This document shows, one piece after another, positions 19,722-29,603 of a stretch of DNA of 64,000 nt (positions are counted from its first letter, which is position 1; each line of letters begins with the position of its first letter). Made by a program: the position numbers and the translations under genes. The stretch covers positions 59,131 through 123,130 of the forward strand of contig NZEC01000018.1 of the NCBI GenBank assembly GCA_002688925.1. The letters are read 5' to 3'. Source of the DNA: an archaeon (lineage in GTDB: Archaea; Nanobdellota; Nanobdellia; Woesearchaeales; GW2011-AR4). The notes under the pieces are model-generated. The model saw only the letters and a list, made by a program, of their open reading frames with translations. It made no database searches and was not told where the DNA came from.

Positions 19722-20366
19722 ATGAAAAAAATAACAACAAAAGACAGCTCAATTACTTTCTACAACGAGAAAGTTCAGGATTATTACCATTCTAAATCCG
19801 GAGCTAAAGAAGAAGCTTTTGAAAAGCATGCAAAAGCATTGAACATATATTCCAAAAAAAATCCGGTTATTTTTGACGTTTGTTTTGGCCTGGGATACAA
19901 TACAGCAGCAGCATTAGACTTAATCAAAGGAAAAGCTGCAATTTACTGTTTTGAGAATGATATAGAAATACTTAAAAAAATCACTGAAATAGATGCAGAC
20001 TTTAAAAGTTACAATATTATTAAAAAATTCATAAAGAATTTTCTTGATAACAATATAAAAATCTACGAAGAAAACAATATAAAATTGGTTATGATCTTTG
20101 GCGATGCAAGGAAAAAAATAAAAAACATCAGGGAAAAAGCAGATTTTGTGTTTTTTGACTCATTTTCCCCTTCAAAAATGCCAAAAATGTGGACAAAAGA
20201 GTTCTTTTCAGACATCAGAGAAAAAATGAAACAAAACTCAAAATTAAGCACCTATTCCTGCGCAAAGTTCATAAGAAATAACTTAAAAGAAGCAGGTTTT
20301 AAAGTGAAAGACGGCCCAATCATAGGAAGAAACAGCCCGGGAACTATAGCCATAAACATAAAATAA
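19722..20366 (+). CDS. MnmC-like SAM-dependent methyltransferase domain protein (Methyltransf_30-like)
   Basis: FDVCFGLGYN and FFDSFSPSKMPKMWTKEFF match the GxGxG and DGF(A/S)PxKNPxMW motifs of the MnmC methyltransferase domain. Start at MKKITTK; the longer ORF from 19536 would overlap the divergent RIO kinase gene. Confidence 0.5.
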   Translation: MKKITTKDSSITFYNEKVQDYYHSKSGAKEEAFEKHAKALNIYSKKNPVIFDVCFGLGYNTAAALDLIKGKAAIYCFENDIEILKKITEIDADFKSYNIIKKFIKNFLDNNIKIYEENNIKLVMIFGDARKKIKNIREKADFVFFDSFSPSKMPKMWTKEFFSDIREKMKQNSKLSTYSCAKFIRNNLKEAGFKVKDGPIIGRNSPGTIAINIK

Positions 20367-20387
20367 AATCTAAATCATAAAAACATA

Positions 20388-21143
20388 TTATATCTTGATT
20401 TTCCCCTTATGCCAGTCAATCAAAAGCTGCACTGCAGCCCTTTTTTCATCCACAATCCCTTTTTTCAATAACATATTTTTTTTCTTTCCGATTTCACATA
20501 AAATTTCATCAGAATCAAGCTTTGGATCAATATCATATTCTTTTTCAAGAGCAGCAGGATTATTTTTCCTGAATATTTCAATAAGCTTATACGCAACAAG
20601 GTCAGGATCTTTTAGTTTTGACGGGCTTATCCCTGACATTAAGCCTAATCTTGTCTCATCTCTGTCTCCATACGGAACAACACCAGGAGTGTCAAAAAGT
20701 GTTAAGTTGCCTTTTCCTGTAATTAACTGCAACCCCCTTGTAAATCCTGATTCAGAGCTTGTTCCTGCTCTGCCCTTTTTAGACAACCTGTTGATCAAAG
20801 TGCTTTTTCCTGTATTTGGATAGCCAATCACAGCAACCTTAATGTTTTCTTTGTTTATTTTGCTTTTTATCAATTTAATAAACTCATTTACTGACTTCAA
20901 ATTCTTGGCTGACATCAAAATATAATCCAGTTTGCTGTAATCTTTTTTTATTTTTTTAATTACAGATTTGGAAACAATATCAGACTTGTTGATTATAAGA
21001 ATCTGTTTTCTGCCGATTTTTTTAATATATTCTTCAAGTTTTCTGTTTCTTGTCAATTCAACCATTCTTGCATCAAGAACTTCCAAAACTACATCAGCCT
21101 TCTTTATTATATCCTGCACAACAATCCAAAATCCTTTTTTCAT
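20388..21143 (-). CDS. Circularly permuted GTPase (YlqF/RbgA/Nug1-like ribosome-biogenesis GTPase)
   Basis: Motif order G4 (ILIINKSD), then G1 (VAVIGYPNTGKSTLINRL), then G3 (DTPGV). Confidence 0.65.
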   Translation of the reverse strand: MKKGFWIVVQDIIKKADVVLEVLDARMVELTRNRKLEEYIKKIGRKQILIINKSDIVSKSVIKKIKKDYSKLDYILMSAKNLKSVNEFIKLIKSKINKENIKVAVIGYPNTGKSTLINRLSKKGRAGTSSESGFTRGLQLITGKGNLTLFDTPGVVPYGDRDETRLGLMSGISPSKLKDPDLVAYKLIEIFRKNNPAALEKEYDIDPKLDSDEILCEIGKKKNMLLKKGIVDEKRAAVQLLIDWHKGKIKI

Positions 21144-21205
21144 AATACTCAGATAAAATAATCCTGTTTATATAATCTTTCATTTGAGTAATAGAAATAA
21201 ATGCT

Positions 21206-21631
21206 TTAATCAAAATGGTCTTCATAAGTAAATGTCCTGTTAAAGCCTTCATAAGTGCAGCTTCCCTTTAATTCTATTATATTGCCATCCAAGAATTCCC
21301 TGTACATTCTAACAAGATTATTGCAGTCCTGACATCTTCTAAAACAAGTTCCTATCTCAACTTCAAATTCCCTTTCGTTTTTCTTGGTTAATTTTGAAGG
21401 GACCTCTGAATTTGCCATAAACTGCCCGTATATATTAGCCACAAAACTGTCATCAGTAAATCTTTCTGACAGCTCAATATGAAGCATGCATTTCTTCGGG
21501 CTTTGATTGCTTACCATCTCTTTTTTTATGGTAATGCAATGCCCGTTCTTCATCTTATACTCATTGTCTTTTTTCTGCTGCACTAGTACATTAGGAAGCT
21601 TTATGCTTCCATCAGAATTAAATTCAACCAT
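21206..21631 (-). CDS. Hypothetical Cys-containing protein
   Basis: 141-aa ORF. CFRRCQDC cluster. No recognisable domain. Confidence 0.3.
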   Translation of the reverse strand: MVEFNSDGSIKLPNVLVQQKKDNEYKMKNGHCITIKKEMVSNQSPKKCMLHIELSERFTDDSFVANIYGQFMANSEVPSKLTKKNEREFEVEIGTCFRRCQDCNNLVRMYREFLDGNIIELKGSCTYEGFNRTFTYEDHFD

Positions 21632-22371
21632 TATAACTCCCAGCTGCCAGATTCATTACCCCTTGAGCAAACTGCATATTCAATTTTTCTTTTGACTAAT
21701 TTTTCATAGGCTTGAAGAGCAACCTGAGGTGTATTATTGTTTCCAGAAAGATGGCCCAATAATGCTAAAGACAGATTCTTCCCCTTTTTCTGGATCAAAG
21801 AGCTTGCACGAACATTGCTCAGATGCCCTTCATCAGAAAGTATCCAGTTCTTGAGAAAAGCAGGGTAAGGGCCGTTTATTACCATGTCAATATCATGGTT
21901 GGATTCAAGCAAAACACCTTTTAATTTTGGAATAGAGCATTCTATCTCCTTTGTTATTGCTCCTGTATCTGTAAATAAGCCGAATTTCCCGATTATAAAC
22001 CCACAGGAACTGACACTATGGGAAGTAAGCACTGGCTTTATCCTGAAATTTTTTACCTTAAAGCTCCTGTCAATGGAAAATACCTTGCTCTTGATATTCC
22101 CAAGCTTAAATCCGGCTTCTGAAAAGGTCTGCTTTGTCATATAAACAGGAATATTGAATCTTCTTGAAATAACACCTGCACCTGAAATATGGTCATGATG
22201 CCCATGCGTTAATAATATCCCGTCGACATTATCAATATCTTTGCCCAACCTTTCCATCCTGGATTCAATCTCCCTGCCGCTCTTGCCTGCATCAATCAGA
22301 ACAGAAGTATTTTTATCCTCAACCAAACAGGAATTTCCATTGCTTCCGGATGCTATGACAGAAATTTTCAT
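21631..22371 (-). CDS. Metallo-beta-lactamase-fold hydrolase
   Basis: THGHHDH (HxHxDH) zinc-binding motif in an N-terminal MBL fold. Confidence 0.65.
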   Translation of the reverse strand: MKISVIASGSNGNSCLVEDKNTSVLIDAGKSGREIESRMERLGKDIDNVDGILLTHGHHDHISGAGVISRRFNIPVYMTKQTFSEAGFKLGNIKSKVFSIDRSFKVKNFRIKPVLTSHSVSSCGFIIGKFGLFTDTGAITKEIECSIPKLKGVLLESNHDIDMVINGPYPAFLKNWILSDEGHLSNVRASSLIQKKGKNLSLALLGHLSGNNNTPQVALQAYEKLVKRKIEYAVCSRGNESGSWEL

Positions 22372-22519
22372 TCATTCACCTTTTTTAATTTGTCAATGAA
22401 GTAATTGTTTATATAGTTTTTCTATTGTAAATTTAAAAAATTAACTCAAAAACTTATTCTAAAAATATCTTTTCAAAAATTCTTCTCCTTTCATAATAAT
22501 AAAAAGCAAATATGTTTTT

Positions 22520-23206
22520 TTATTTTATTTTTTCTTCCGATAGTATCTTTGCTGAATATGGGTCATGCACAGCAGCAATTATTACATCCTTGCTTGTAAC
22601 ATCAGAATCATAAATTAAAGATACTCCATTGCTTAATCTCTCAACTTCCAACACACCTAAAATGCTCTTTAAATCATATTCAATTGCAGGCCCGCATGAG
22701 CCACAAAATACGCCTTCGATATTCAATAAGAGCTTTTTTTTACCTTCGTACTCAGGCTCTACTTCGATATCAGCCATCTCAGGCATTCCATGGATCTCAG
22801 CCATTTCTTTGATATTGCCTAAAGGCTTTTGGTTTACAGGAATATTCCCATAAACCAATCCTGCAACAGGCGCAACAACTAAATAGTTTAAAATTACCCA
22901 GCTTACTGCTAAAAATATAATTGCATATGCGATGTTTTTCCAGTTCTTTTTCATTGTGCTTATATTGCAAACCCCGCTTTTTCTTTTTACCAGGTAAAGG
23001 CTGATTAAAATCATTAATATTACTCCAGAAACTATGCTGACTAAATGAAACTGGTGCATAACTGCCATACTAATTGCAGTTCCAAAACCCAAAAGAATCA
23101 AAACTACAGGTGCAATGCAGCAAGTTACTGCTGTAAAACCTCCAGCAATACCTGCCCACAAGTAGCTCTTTTTCTTTTCCTTATTTTTTTGCTCTGTATT
23201 TTCCAT
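22520..23206 (-). CDS. Membrane protein with MerT-like Cys-Cys transmembrane motif and a C-terminal HMA-like domain
   Basis: TM1 contains GGFTAVTCCIAPVV (MerT-like vicinal cysteines). C-terminal soluble domain EGVFCGSCGPAIEYDLKSILGVLEVE resembles a heavy-metal-associated fold with a CxxC site. Start placed at MENTEQ (the ORF extends to 23251). Confidence 0.45.
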   Translation of the reverse strand: MENTEQKNKEKKKSYLWAGIAGGFTAVTCCIAPVVLILLGFGTAISMAVMHQFHLVSIVSGVILMILISLYLVKRKSGVCNISTMKKNWKNIAYAIIFLAVSWVILNYLVVAPVAGLVYGNIPVNQKPLGNIKEMAEIHGMPEMADIEVEPEYEGKKKLLLNIEGVFCGSCGPAIEYDLKSILGVLEVERLSNGVSLIYDSDVTSKDVIIAAVHDPYSAKILSEEKIK

Positions 23207-23216
23207 TATAAGTTCA

Positions 23217-23477
23217 CTAAAATATTTTCCATCCGGCAAATATGAATGCAAGGCCGATTATAGCAACAATAAGGCCATATGTCATAAATACTCCGTGGTT
23301 GTGATGCCCATGTTCTTCTTCATTACCCATATCACTCATTGAATTTTCCATATCCATATTTGCTTCCATATTCTGGCCTTGTCCAAGTAGAGCTGTATGT
23401 GCGCTTGGAGGTAGTATAGAAAAAATAATACCGCCAATGCCTAAAATCAATCCAATTATAATCAAAATTTTATCCAT
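23217..23477 (-). CDS. Small membrane protein with Met/His-rich loop (putative metal-binding)
   Basis: Two TM helices flank NMEANMDMENSMSDMGNEEEHGHHNHG. Confidence 0.4.
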   Translation of the reverse strand: MDKILIIIGLILGIGGIIFSILPPSAHTALLGQGQNMEANMDMENSMSDMGNEEEHGHHNHGVFMTYGLIVAIIGLAFIFAGWKIF

Positions 23478-23504
23478 TTTAATCTCCTTTATTTTTTAAT
23501 CAAA

Positions 23505-24491
23505 TTATTTATTACCATTTTTTTTCAAAAACCTGTACAATAAAAATAAAAATACTAATAATATTACCACTCCAATTATGTTTGACAACTTCAATGATAA
23601 TACTTTTTCCTGAAATGAATAAACAATACTAGTCATACTCCCCAATCCCAGGTTATTTGTGATATAAGTTCCGCCATAAATAACAAAGACAAGGCCCAGT
23701 GCAATAAATAAGATAGCTGCAATCAAATTAGTGGAATGTACTCTTATTTTTTTATTAAAAACAGTAAATTCAAGTTCTTTGCCCTGTATGAATTTGCTTT
23801 TTGAAAAATTATACTTGTCAAATAAAAATGACATCAAAAACAATGGAACGAAAATGCCAAGGGAATAAAAGAACATCAAAAATGCAGAGTAGATATAATT
23901 ATTAAGTATTGATGCAATCAATAAAATCCCAACCACAATAGGGCCAGTGCATGCAGTCCATCCAATTGCGAAAAAAATACCATACAAAAACAATCCTATC
24001 GCATTATTCTTTATTTTTCCCTTAGTCTTGATAAATGTAAATCCTTTGCCAAAAAAAGCCATAACCCCCATTGCAATGATAAATAAACCGGCTATTGTGA
24101 CAAGCAGCCTGTTGTTTTGCTGTAGCTCGGTAATAGTTGACCCAATAAAAGTTGCAATCAATCCGAGAGCTACAAATACAGGCATAAACCCAAGAAAAAA
24201 TGCAAATGTAGATTTGGTTATCTGCTTTCTTTCCTCAAAAGTATATGCAAAAAATGCAGGCAATATTCCTAAACTGCATGGGCTAATGATGCTTATAATC
24301 CCGGCCAGAAATGCTATGATAAAAGAAATGTTCTTGAAATAAAAATCCGCCTGGTTATTGTTATAATCTAAAATTTTCTGCAGCCCTATTGGAAAGTCTG
24401 ATTGTGAGGAAACACTAAAGCTAAATGCCATTAAAAAAAATACAGCCAACAATAGAACAAAGATTTTTTTGTTTTCATTTAATAGTTCCAT
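23505..24491 (-). CDS. ccdA: DsbD/CcdA-family thiol:disulfide interchange transmembrane protein
   Basis: Conserved Cys in TM helices (IISPCSLGILP ... WTACTGPIVVGILL), characteristic of the CcdA/DsbD beta domain. Confidence 0.7.
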   Translation of the reverse strand: MELLNENKKIFVLLLAVFFLMAFSFSVSSQSDFPIGLQKILDYNNNQADFYFKNISFIIAFLAGIISIISPCSLGILPAFFAYTFEERKQITKSTFAFFLGFMPVFVALGLIATFIGSTITELQQNNRLLVTIAGLFIIAMGVMAFFGKGFTFIKTKGKIKNNAIGLFLYGIFFAIGWTACTGPIVVGILLIASILNNYIYSAFLMFFYSLGIFVPLFLMSFLFDKYNFSKSKFIQGKELEFTVFNKKIRVHSTNLIAAILFIALGLVFVIYGGTYITNNLGLGSMTSIVYSFQEKVLSLKLSNIIGVVILLVFLFLLYRFLKKNGNK

Positions 24492-24552
24492 GTTCTTTGA
24501 TAACTGATTGTTTTATTGACTCTATTAAAATAAAAATCAATAATCAAATTAT

Positions 24553-25677
24553 TTACTGGCTTTGCTGCTGAACAGGCTCTATTATTTTGTTTGTAGTAAG
24601 GTCTTTGTAAACAATACTTGCCTCTAAAACTTCCACTTTCCTAAAAACATAAGAGCCATCATCCTCTATAGTACCGACCTGTCCCCAAACTCGCGAAAAG
24701 CCTTCATAAGCATTTAGATCCCCATTCAATATCACTGTCGGAACTTTTTCAATATCATATTTTTTAATTAAGTCCTTTCCTTCAGGTGATGTAATATCCA
24801 ATATTTTTTCTTCATCTATTGCAATGCCCATTATTAACAAAATTTCCTTATGTAAATCCACACCATAGCATCCATCACAAGAAACGTCATCAATCATTGT
24901 TAATTCCACCAATCCCCTTACTTTGCCAGTATCAGTTTCAACATAAGGAGCTTGGCTTTGAATTACATACTGCCCTTTATTTTCTGTTATGCCCTGCTGG
25001 CTAAGGCTTTGCGCAATAGCAGGATATGCATCTATATGTTTTGATAAAAGAATTGCCGGAAGCTTTTCAATATTTAACTGTGAAATCAGTTCTTTTGCCC
25101 TCGAGTCTGAAAAGTCAAGTTCCTCTTCATTTGCTATAAAGACTCCATTCTGCACTAAGTTTAATATTAAAACCCCAAGGTCTGCGCAGGCCTCGCAATT
25201 TTTGTCATTTATTAAAATACTGGAAACCTTGCCTACAATCTCGTTTGTCACGGCATCTTCATAAGGCACTGCAACAGCATCAAATACTAATGCATCATCT
25301 ACTTTTTTAAAATTCTGGATATCGGCTTTATCTGTTTCTCCTGTTATTACAATATTTGGCAGCTTCTCAATGCCATATTTTTCAATAAGCTTTTTGGCTT
25401 CTCTTGAATTGCCTTTTAGTGATTTTTCATCAAGAATTTTCAAATCAGAATCTTTGAGGGCATTAATTATTTCATCAGCATCAAAACAGTCTGCACAAGT
25501 TGAAGAAAGCTTGATGATTTCAATTTCTGCCGGCTTTGCAAGCTCTCTTGCCTCAGCCATTTTCTCGTCAAGGCTGCTCCCGATAGTAAAAACATAAAAG
25601 GAATTAAAAATTAATATTCCCAACAATACAAAAACTCCTGCTGCAATAAATTTATGCAGGTTAGTTTCTTTTGTCAT
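24553..25677 (-). CDS. Membrane-anchored protein with three tandem thioredoxin-like repeats (CADC / CEAC / CDGC)
   Basis: N-terminal TM. Three ~110-aa repeats, each with a CxxC and a conserved (A/S)K(K/E)LI..(Y/L).IEKLP.I(V/L) block resembling the thioredoxin cis-Pro region. Confidence 0.5.
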   Translation of the reverse strand: MTKETNLHKFIAAGVFVLLGILIFNSFYVFTIGSSLDEKMAEARELAKPAEIEIIKLSSTCADCFDADEIINALKDSDLKILDEKSLKGNSREAKKLIEKYGIEKLPNIVITGETDKADIQNFKKVDDALVFDAVAVPYEDAVTNEIVGKVSSILINDKNCEACADLGVLILNLVQNGVFIANEEELDFSDSRAKELISQLNIEKLPAILLSKHIDAYPAIAQSLSQQGITENKGQYVIQSQAPYVETDTGKVRGLVELTMIDDVSCDGCYGVDLHKEILLIMGIAIDEEKILDITSPEGKDLIKKYDIEKVPTVILNGDLNAYEGFSRVWGQVGTIEDDGSYVFRKVEVLEASIVYKDLTTNKIIEPVQQQSQ

Positions 25678-25680
25678 TAT

Positions 25681-25980
25681 TTAACAGCCACCTACCATTG
25701 TCGGCAAATTATTTAGATTATTAGACAAGCCACCGCTGCTCTGGCCAGTAGATACTGTGCTTTTTTTGCTGCTCACGCTTAGTGTCTCTAAATCGTTATT
25801 CAGCTTATTTTTTAACCCAACTAATTCAACTGCCTGCACTCCGGAAATCAAAATTAACAATGCTAATGCAATTGCCATTACCCAGAACTTCATATTTGGG
25901 TTTGTGTTTTTACTGCCTGTATGCCTGTGCTCATGAGCTTTATGCTTATGATGCTCTGCATGTTTTTTATGCTCTTCCAT
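25681..25980 (-). CDS. His-rich small membrane protein ending in LPTMVGGC
   Basis: N-terminus MEEHKKHAEHHKHKAHEHRH, one TM helix, extracytoplasmic tail ending ...NNLPTMVGGC-COOH. Confidence 0.4.
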   Translation of the reverse strand: MEEHKKHAEHHKHKAHEHRHTGSKNTNPNMKFWVMAIALALLILISGVQAVELVGLKNKLNNDLETLSVSSKKSTVSTGQSSGGLSNNLNNLPTMVGGC

Positions 25981-25981
25981 T

Positions 25982-26722
25982 TTAACAACCTCCTACCATT
26001 CCTGGCAAGCTTTTTAATTGAGATGGGTCAGTCCCGGCAACTTCCATAGCCAAGCCAACCATATTTCTTGGGAAAAACATTGTTTTCCATTTCATAACTT
26101 CCCTTAAAACTTCTGCATCCGAATAATCAGTATTTTGCATCAATCCCATTGTTAATGAAAGGACTGCAGGATTGTGCTTGCAGCCGCATCTTGACTTTCC
26201 ATCTTTTGTTATGCCCTGCGGGCCAATACCACAGCAGAACTCGCATGAAATTCCCCTTGGATTTGCAGCAAGGTTAATGTATCTCTGCCATGTTTCAGGA
26301 TCATTGTTTTTTACTTCTTCGTTTAAGCTGTAATACCACTTCGCAAGATATTCCATTGAAGTTACAGGGTCATCAAACGTAATTCCTCCCAAAGCTCCGC
26401 TATATTCCGGAGTTCCTGTTGGTATCATAATGCTTATTGCATCTTCCTCGCTTTGTATAGAATTTAACTCGGGAAATAAAGATGCAAGAGCCATGGCTGT
26501 TGAGGTTATTTCATTAACATCAACACTTGATAAATCAAGCTGGCCTGAATGCCTGCTTCCTAAGAATATAGAACTCTTTGATGCAGCCCCTGTCATCACA
26601 CCAAAAGAAGAGGAAATTGAAGAAATCTGAACTTGATTAAACAGAATCAGAATGCCTGCTATCAAAAGAGAAGCCATCATGAAATTTTCAAGTTTCTTGT
26701 GGGATAAAAAATCTGCTTTCAT
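25982..26722 (-). CDS. Cys-rich exported protein ending in LPGMVGGC
   Basis: N-terminal TM/signal. CEFCCGIGPQG..CGCKHNPA cysteine cluster. C-terminus ...KSLPGMVGGC-COOH shares the last 8 residues with the neighbouring ORF. Confidence 0.4.
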   Translation of the reverse strand: MKADFLSHKKLENFMMASLLIAGILILFNQVQISSISSSFGVMTGAASKSSIFLGSRHSGQLDLSSVDVNEITSTAMALASLFPELNSIQSEEDAISIMIPTGTPEYSGALGGITFDDPVTSMEYLAKWYYSLNEEVKNNDPETWQRYINLAANPRGISCEFCCGIGPQGITKDGKSRCGCKHNPAVLSLTMGLMQNTDYSDAEVLREVMKWKTMFFPRNMVGLAMEVAGTDPSQLKSLPGMVGGC

Positions 26723-27064
26723 TTAGAGATATATTAACTGGATTTTATATATAAGTTATCATAAAAACAGTAAATAAAAATACTGTTTTTTTGCCTAAAA
26801 CAGGCTTATTATAGCTTATTACCGTTCATAAAGGTTTTATTGCCTTTTTTAAGCAAAACAGAGCTATAATTTCCCCAATCTTCTCTTTTATAAATTTGTA
26901 CAATAGCTATATTGGTGTTTTAACTTTATGTTTAATCCACTCAGTATATGAATTAAAAGTAAGTAAAATTTAAATAGTTTGTTAAAAAAATAAACTTAAT
27001 ATAATAGATTGATATAGTGTTCTAAAAAGCCAAACTTATGAAATAAATAAATTATAATTTTAAA

Positions 27065-28198
27065 ATGAAAACAGACCCAATCTGCGGAATGAAAGGGACA
27101 ATCAAAGCTCATGGACACTATTTTTGCAGCCAGAATTGCATTGAAAAATATGAAAAGCAGAACAATATCAAGCATTGCTTAAGCTGTCATGTCAAAGGTG
27201 CACATCATCCCTGGTATAAGGAAAAAATTTTTATTGTTGGCTTTATTACAATAGCTATAATCATACTTGCTTATTTTTTCTCAGAAAAGCTTTTTGAAGC
27301 CTTTGTCGATTACTTTAAGCTGATATGGTGGGCTATTTTAATAGGATTATTTATAGGGGGCATTATTGATCACCTAATCCCAAACCAATATATTTCAAAA
27401 TACTTGTCAAAGCACAAAAAGATAACAATAGTCTATGCTGTTGTTTTTGGGTTTTTGATGTCTGCCTGTAGCCATGGAATCCTGGCTATTTCTATGGAGC
27501 TGTATAAGAAAGGAGCCTCAATAGCCGCTGTTATTGCTTTTTTACTTTCAAGCCCCTGGGCTAATTTGCCAATCACAATTCTATTGTTTAGTTTTTTTGG
27601 GGCTAAAGCACTGCTTCTTGTTTTAGCTGCTATTGTTATTGCAGCTATAACTGGATTGATTTACCAGATATTGGAAAAAAATAAAATGATAGAGCAGAGC
27701 AAAAACATAGCTAATGTTGATGAATCATTTTCTATAAGAAAAGACATCAAAAAAAGGTGGAAGAAATATGAGTTTAATTTTGACAATAATGCTGAGACAG
27801 TAAAAGGAGTCTTAAAAGGATCCTGGGCATTGGCAAAGATGGTTGTGTGGTGGATTTTAATAGGCATGATTTTAGCAAGTTTTGCAAGGGCTTTTGTTCC
27901 CACAGAAATATTCCATCAATTTTTAGGCCCTACATTATTGGGATTGTTTATAACTCTAATCATAGCAACGATAATAGAAGTATGTTCAGAAGGTTCCTCA
28001 CCTTTGGCATTTGAGCTTTACAGCCAAACTGGAGCGTTTGGAAATAGTTTTGTGTTTTTGATGGCCGGAGTAGCAACCGATTATACAGAGATAGGCCTCA
28101 TATGGAGCAACATTGGAAAAAAAGCAGCAATCTGGCTTCCAATTGTAACAGTTCCGCAAATTGTATTGGTAGGTATATTATTCAACATTTTGCTCTAA
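27065..28198 (+). CDS. TRASH/YHS-domain-fused DUF318-type permease
   Basis: N-terminal PICGMKGTIKAHGHYFCSQNC is a TRASH/YHS metal-binding module. The body is a polytopic permease with SACSHG and LSSPW motifs resembling COG0701/DUF318 (ArsP-like) permeases. Confidence 0.55.
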   Translation: MKTDPICGMKGTIKAHGHYFCSQNCIEKYEKQNNIKHCLSCHVKGAHHPWYKEKIFIVGFITIAIIILAYFFSEKLFEAFVDYFKLIWWAILIGLFIGGIIDHLIPNQYISKYLSKHKKITIVYAVVFGFLMSACSHGILAISMELYKKGASIAAVIAFLLSSPWANLPITILLFSFFGAKALLLVLAAIVIAAITGLIYQILEKNKMIEQSKNIANVDESFSIRKDIKKRWKKYEFNFDNNAETVKGVLKGSWALAKMVVWWILIGMILASFARAFVPTEIFHQFLGPTLLGLFITLIIATIIEVCSEGSSPLAFELYSQTGAFGNSFVFLMAGVATDYTEIGLIWSNIGKKAAIWLPIVTVPQIVLVGILFNILL

Positions 28199-28271
28199 AA
28201 CAACTGTATATTTAACTAAAAACACAAGGTTTTTATAGGGAAAAAACACTTCTATAGTAAAATAGGAGCTT

Positions 28272-28787
28272 ATGGAAACAAAAAAACTCGGTTTTCTTAT
28301 ATTGGGAATAAGTGTTATGTTAGGCTTAGTTATGTTCAGCTTTATTAGTTCACTTGGCGCTCAGGGAAATGCCATGAATTGCAATCCAACTCAGGAATGC
28401 CAACAGCTGAATTCTGTGTTAGGAATATCACATATAGCAGTCGGCTTTTTGGCATTTATTTTTGCATTAGGATTCTATTTGCTATTTTTCAACAAAGATC
28501 AGGGAGATGTATTAAAGAGATATTATGATGAAAAGCTGGAAAAAAATGTTGAGAATAAGAACAATGACAAATTCTCATTATTGTTAAGGCCTTTGGATGA
28601 AAATGAAAGAAAGGTTTTGACTGCAATCAAAGAACAGGATGGCATTACACAATCAACTTTAAAATACAGGGCTGATTTATCAAAAGCAAAGATAAGCCAG
28701 ATACTGACTGATTTTGAAAGAAAAAACTTGATTGCAAGAAAAGCAAAAGGCAAGACATATTCTGTTTTTTTAACAAACAATTTCTAG
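28272..28787 (+). CDS. Membrane-anchored winged-helix (MarR/PadR-like) transcriptional regulator
   Basis: Two N-terminal TM helices flank a Cys-containing loop (NAMNCNPTQECQQL). C-terminal wHTH (LTAIKEQDGITQSTLKYRADLSKAKISQILTDFERKNLIARK). Confidence 0.5.
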   Translation: METKKLGFLILGISVMLGLVMFSFISSLGAQGNAMNCNPTQECQQLNSVLGISHIAVGFLAFIFALGFYLLFFNKDQGDVLKRYYDEKLEKNVENKNNDKFSLLLRPLDENERKVLTAIKEQDGITQSTLKYRADLSKAKISQILTDFERKNLIARKAKGKTYSVFLTNNF

Positions 28788-28831
28788 AAAACAAAAAACT
28801 ATAAATATAACCTCTTTATTGCAATTTTACG

Positions 28832-29548
28832 GTGATGTTAATAATGGACATAGGGAAAACTTTTACAAAGAAAAGAGTCATTTTTATTTTGTTGTTTGCT
28901 GTTTTTGCGTTTATCACGCAAAGGATAAACTTTTCCCCTTTAGTTGGGGCTGAAAATCAGTTCTTTACATTATTCCAGTTCTTTGGACCGATAGCAGGAG
29001 CATTTCTAGGCCCTGTTTTTGGAGTTATTGCTGTCTTCCTGGCAGAATTAGTTGATTTTATAGTTGTTGGGAAAGAATTAACTTTAATTAATATTATGAG
29101 ATTTGCTCCTATGCTATTTGCAACATATTACTTTGCAAGCAATAAGAAAAGGCTAAATGCAATAATTCCTTTAATAGCAATAGGCTTGTTTGTACTGCAT
29201 CCGGTTGGAAGGCAAGTCTGGTTTTTTGCATTGTTCGGGACAATACCTATAATTGCAACATTACTGACAAAAAAATATTCAATGAGCGTTCCATTAAGGA
29301 GCTTAGGCGCAACATTCACAGCCCAATCTGTAGGCGGCGCATTATGGGTATGGACAGTCCCTATGACAGCAGGACAATGGATTGCATTAATACCGGTAGT
29401 TGCTTATGAAAGAGTTTTGTTTGCACTGGGAATAGGAATTTCCTTTATTGCCTTGAATGCATTGCTTAACAAAGTTCTTGTAAAATTAGACTTAAAGATT
29501 CCAAGCGATGTCTTAAGAATAGAGAAAAAGTTTACTTTAAGGGCTTAA
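28832..29548 (+). CDS. Hypothetical polytopic membrane protein
   Basis: 238 aa with 6-7 predicted TM helices. No motif recognised. Confidence 0.4.
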   Translation: MMLIMDIGKTFTKKRVIFILLFAVFAFITQRINFSPLVGAENQFFTLFQFFGPIAGAFLGPVFGVIAVFLAELVDFIVVGKELTLINIMRFAPMLFATYYFASNKKRLNAIIPLIAIGLFVLHPVGRQVWFFALFGTIPIIATLLTKKYSMSVPLRSLGATFTAQSVGGALWVWTVPMTAGQWIALIPVVAYERVLFALGIGISFIALNALLNKVLVKLDLKIPSDVLRIEKKFTLRA

Positions 29549-29603
29549 TTCTATTTTTTTTATTTTTAATTATATTAAAAATATTCTAGAATTATTGTTC
29601 TTT

